DNA of 63,472 bases, filler included. It is 6 parts of 6 records of this genome, joined end to end, with 100 filler letters (N's around TTAATTAATTAA, not from the genome) between each part and the next. Parts side by side here need not be neighbours in the genome. Positions count along the whole stretch, not along the records: positions 59,646 to 63,472 come from SRR20825010_1378; 5 more parts are not named here. The stretch is one strand, 5' to 3'. Positions 60,988 to 63,472 of the stretch are shown in pieces (within the stretch, counting starts at the first letter, position 1; each line of letters begins with the position of its first letter). The translations under genes were made by a program, and so were the position numbers. Under the pieces are notes generated by a model, which was not told the DNA's origin, did no database searches, and worked only from the letters and a program-made list of their open reading frames with translations.

Positions 60988-62700
60988 TTAGAGTTCTTCC
61001 GAACCCAGCAGCATTTCGGACAATCCCTTGCCAGCCTTCACCATGGGCCACACGTTCTCGGTGCGGTCTGTGATGAAGTCCATGAATACCAAACGGTCTT
61101 TGTACTTGCCAAAAGCTTCGCGCAAGGCAGGTTCAACATCCGAGGGCTTGGTGATTTGCATGCCAATGTGGCCATAGGCCTCGACCAGCTTCACGAAGTC
61201 AGGCAATGCGTCCATGTAGCTTTCGGAGTAGCGTGAACCGTAATCCAGCTGCTGCCATTGGCGAACCATGCCCAGGTAGCGGTTGTTCAAGTTCACGATT
61301 TTCGGCGTGAAGTGGTACTGGAAGCAGGTGGACAATTCCTGGATGTTCATCTGGATGGATGCTTCACCAGTAATACAAGCCACCAGGGCATCGGGGTTGG
61401 CCATTTGAACGCCCATGGCGTACGGCAGGCCCACGCCCATGGTGCCCAAGCCACCGGAGTTGATCCAGCGGCGGGGTTTGTCAAACCGATAGTACTGGGC
61501 AGCCCACATTTGGTGCTGGCCTACGTCGGAGGTAACAAACGCATCACCGTTGGTGACTTCCCACAGCTTTTCAACCACAAACTGGGGTTTGATGACTTCG
61601 TCAGACTTGGTGTAGTCCAGGCACTTGCGGCCGCGCCACTTCTCAACCTGTTCCCACCAGCCTTGCAGCTTGCCTTGGTCAACGCGCTTGCCGCTTTCTT
61701 CCAGCAGTTGAATCAGGTCAACCAGCACGTCTTTGATGTTGCCGACGATGGGCACATCCACTTTCACGCGCTTGGAAATGGAGGATGGATCGATATCAAT
61801 GTGAATGATTTTGCGGGGAATGGACGAGAAATCTTTGGGGTTGCCGATCACGCGGTCGTCAAAACGGGCGCCCACGGCGATCAATACGTCGCAATTTTGC
61901 ATGGCCAGGTTGGCCTCATAGGTGCCGTGCATGCCGGGCATGCCCATGAATTTCTTATCGCTGGCCTTGAATGCACCCAAACCCATCAGGGTGTTGGTAC
62001 AAGGTGCGCCCACCCATTCAACCAGGCGGGTCAGCTCGGCCGAGGCATCGCCCAAAATAACACCGCCGCCTGAATAGATCATGGGGCGCTCGGCTTCCAG
62101 GATCATTTGCACGGCTTTTTTGATTTGGCCCTGGTGGCCTTTGACCACGGGGTTATACGAGCGCATTTTCACGGGCTCGGAATAATCAAAAGCGGTTTTG
62201 TGGGTGGTAATGTCTTTGGGGATGTCGACCAGAACCGGGCCAGGTCGGCCAGAGCGGGCGATATAAAACGCTTCTTTCATAACACGTGCCAGGTCTTTCA
62301 CATCTTTCACGAGAAAGTTGTGTTTGACGCAGGGGCGTGTAATACCCACGGTGTCGCATTCCTGGAATGCATCCTGACCGATCGCGTGCGTGGGCACCTG
62401 ACCAGACAGAATCACCATGGGAATTGAATCCATATAAGCTGTAGCAATGCCGGTAACAGCATTGGTCAGGCCTGGGCCTGAGGTAACCAGACAAACGCCC
62501 ACCTTGTCGCTTGAACGCGAGTAGGCATCGGCTGCATGAACGGCAGCTTGTTCGTGACGTACCAGAATGTGTTCGAAACCGTCTTGCTTGAAGATGGCAT
62601 CGTAGATGTAAAGAACTGCTCCGCCTGGGTAGCCGAAAACGTGCTTGACGCCCTCTTCTTCCAGACATTTGACAACGATTTCCGCGCCGGTATATTCCAT
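60988..62700 (-). CDS. ilvI: Acetolactate synthase III large subunit
   Basis: FGYPGGAVL, RHEQ, TSGPG.TN, DVGQHQMWAAQ, SGGLGTMG. Confidence 0.95.
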   Translation of the reverse strand: MEYTGAEIVVKCLEEEGVKHVFGYPGGAVLYIYDAIFKQDGFEHILVRHEQAAVHAADAYSRSSDKVGVCLVTSGPGLTNAVTGIATAYMDSIPMVILSGQVPTHAIGQDAFQECDTVGITRPCVKHNFLVKDVKDLARVMKEAFYIARSGRPGPVLVDIPKDITTHKTAFDYSEPVKMRSYNPVVKGHQGQIKKAVQMILEAERPMIYSGGGVILGDASAELTRLVEWVGAPCTNTLMGLGAFKASDKKFMGMPGMHGTYEANLAMQNCDVLIAVGARFDDRVIGNPKDFSSIPRKIIHIDIDPSSISKRVKVDVPIVGNIKDVLVDLIQLLEESGKRVDQGKLQGWWEQVEKWRGRKCLDYTKSDEVIKPQFVVEKLWEVTNGDAFVTSDVGQHQMWAAQYYRFDKPRRWINSGGLGTMGVGLPYAMGVQMANPDALVACITGEASIQMNIQELSTCFQYHFTPKIVNLNNRYLGMVRQWQQLDYGSRYSESYMDALPDFVKLVEAYGHIGMQITKPSDVEPALREAFGKYKDRLVFMDFITDRTENVWPMVKAGKGLSEMLLGSEEL

Positions 62701-63119
62701 TTTTAAAAATCCTGACAAAATCCACGGGACATTGGTCGGATGCCGTCCTGGATCGCATTGCCGTGGGGCACAGGCTTTTTGAAAATGAACAACCTTGTGG
62801 GTGTGGACATGTCGCAAAGCGCTGGCGATCACAACCCGATTATGTCGGGCAGGTTGGCCATGGGCTTCTGAACCACAAGTTCAGCGCCCTAGCGCGTCTT
62901 TCGCTAAAACAACAAGGGTATGCTGATCAACTAGAGACAAAAACAGGGTAGAACGAGATCTTAGTGCGAAGCCCGCCGTGGGTCAAGAAAAAAGCTCTCG
63001 GCTTTGATATGATGCCGTATTGTTAAAAACTGCGAATCATTCTCGCCTTGGCCAAAACGGCCCGACACCCCGCGTAAAACCGATTGGAACTCCTCTAACA
63101 GCACCTCGACAAATACACT

Positions 63120-63472
63120 ATGGCAAGCACGAGAGAATTAGAGGAATTTCTGAAAGAGGTGTCGCACAGGGCTTACCGACAGGCGTTTTTTGCCGTTAAG
63201 AATGAAGAAAGTGCGATGGACCTGGTGCAGGAAAGCATGATGAAGCTTTCCGACAAATATGGTGGCAAGCCCAAAGAAGAGCTGCCCATGCTGTTTACCC
63301 GCATTTTGCAGAACACCATTCTGGACTTTCACCGTCGCCAGAAGGTTCGGAACACCTGGACAACGCTGTTTTCCAGCTTCCAAAAGAAAGACGAAGAAGA
63401 TTATGACGTGCTTGAGAACCTTCTCGCACATGATGGATCTCAGAATTCGAGTGCCCAGGAAGAGATTGAGCA
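63120..63472 (+). CDS. ECF-type sigma-70 factor, truncated by the window end; not in the ORF track
   Basis: Translated by hand: MASTRELEEFLKEVSHRAYRQA...AMDLVQESMMKL...LFTRILQNTILDFHRRQKVRNTW; typically divergent from ilvI in Burkholderiales. Confidence 0.85.
   Translation, partial: MASTRELEEFLKEVSHRAYRQAFFAVKNEESAMDLVQESMMKLSDKYGGKPKEELPMLFTRILQNTILDFHRRQKVRNTWTTLFSSFQKKDEEDYDVLENLLAHDGSQNSSAQEEIE

Overview
This window is not one locus. It is six contigs joined by identical 100-nt spacers (44 N + TTAATTAATTAA + 44 N), so adjacency across a spacer means nothing. Contig 1 (1-28965, probably alphaproteobacterial) is a ~29-kb glycosylation island. It encodes seven GT-A/GT-B glycosyltransferase genes (several multi-domain), three sulfotransferase domains, a PrtD/PrtE-type type I secretion (T1SS) pair, an amino-sugar aminotransferase and acetyltransferase, and an HMW1C/NGT-family cytoplasmic protein N-glycosyltransferase. 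No flippase, polymerase or priming transferase is visible. Contig 2 (29066-46728, high GC, Rhizobiales-like) is an uncharacterised catabolic region: an atypical TDO-family heme enzyme, ABC transporters, two GntR paralogs, DUF3830, TIGR04076, an aldo-keto reductase, a Cys-less desulfurase-like PLP enzyme and an FAD oxidoreductase. Contig 3 holds AsmA and an FAD-linked oxidase, and contig 4 holds smc. Contig 5 holds the end of a T1SS HlyD gene followed 10 nt later by a ~1045-aa helical-domain/MurF-ligase fusion, plus IclR and a reductase-flavodoxin-pentapeptide operon. Contig 6 (Burkholderiales-like) holds ilvIHC and a sigma factor. The best candidates for an undescribed system are (a) NGT-primed, lipid-carrier-free, sulfated glycosylation of a T1SS-secreted protein and (b) a T1SS-coupled MurF-fusion enzyme. 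All family calls come from motif recognition by eye; no database searches were run.
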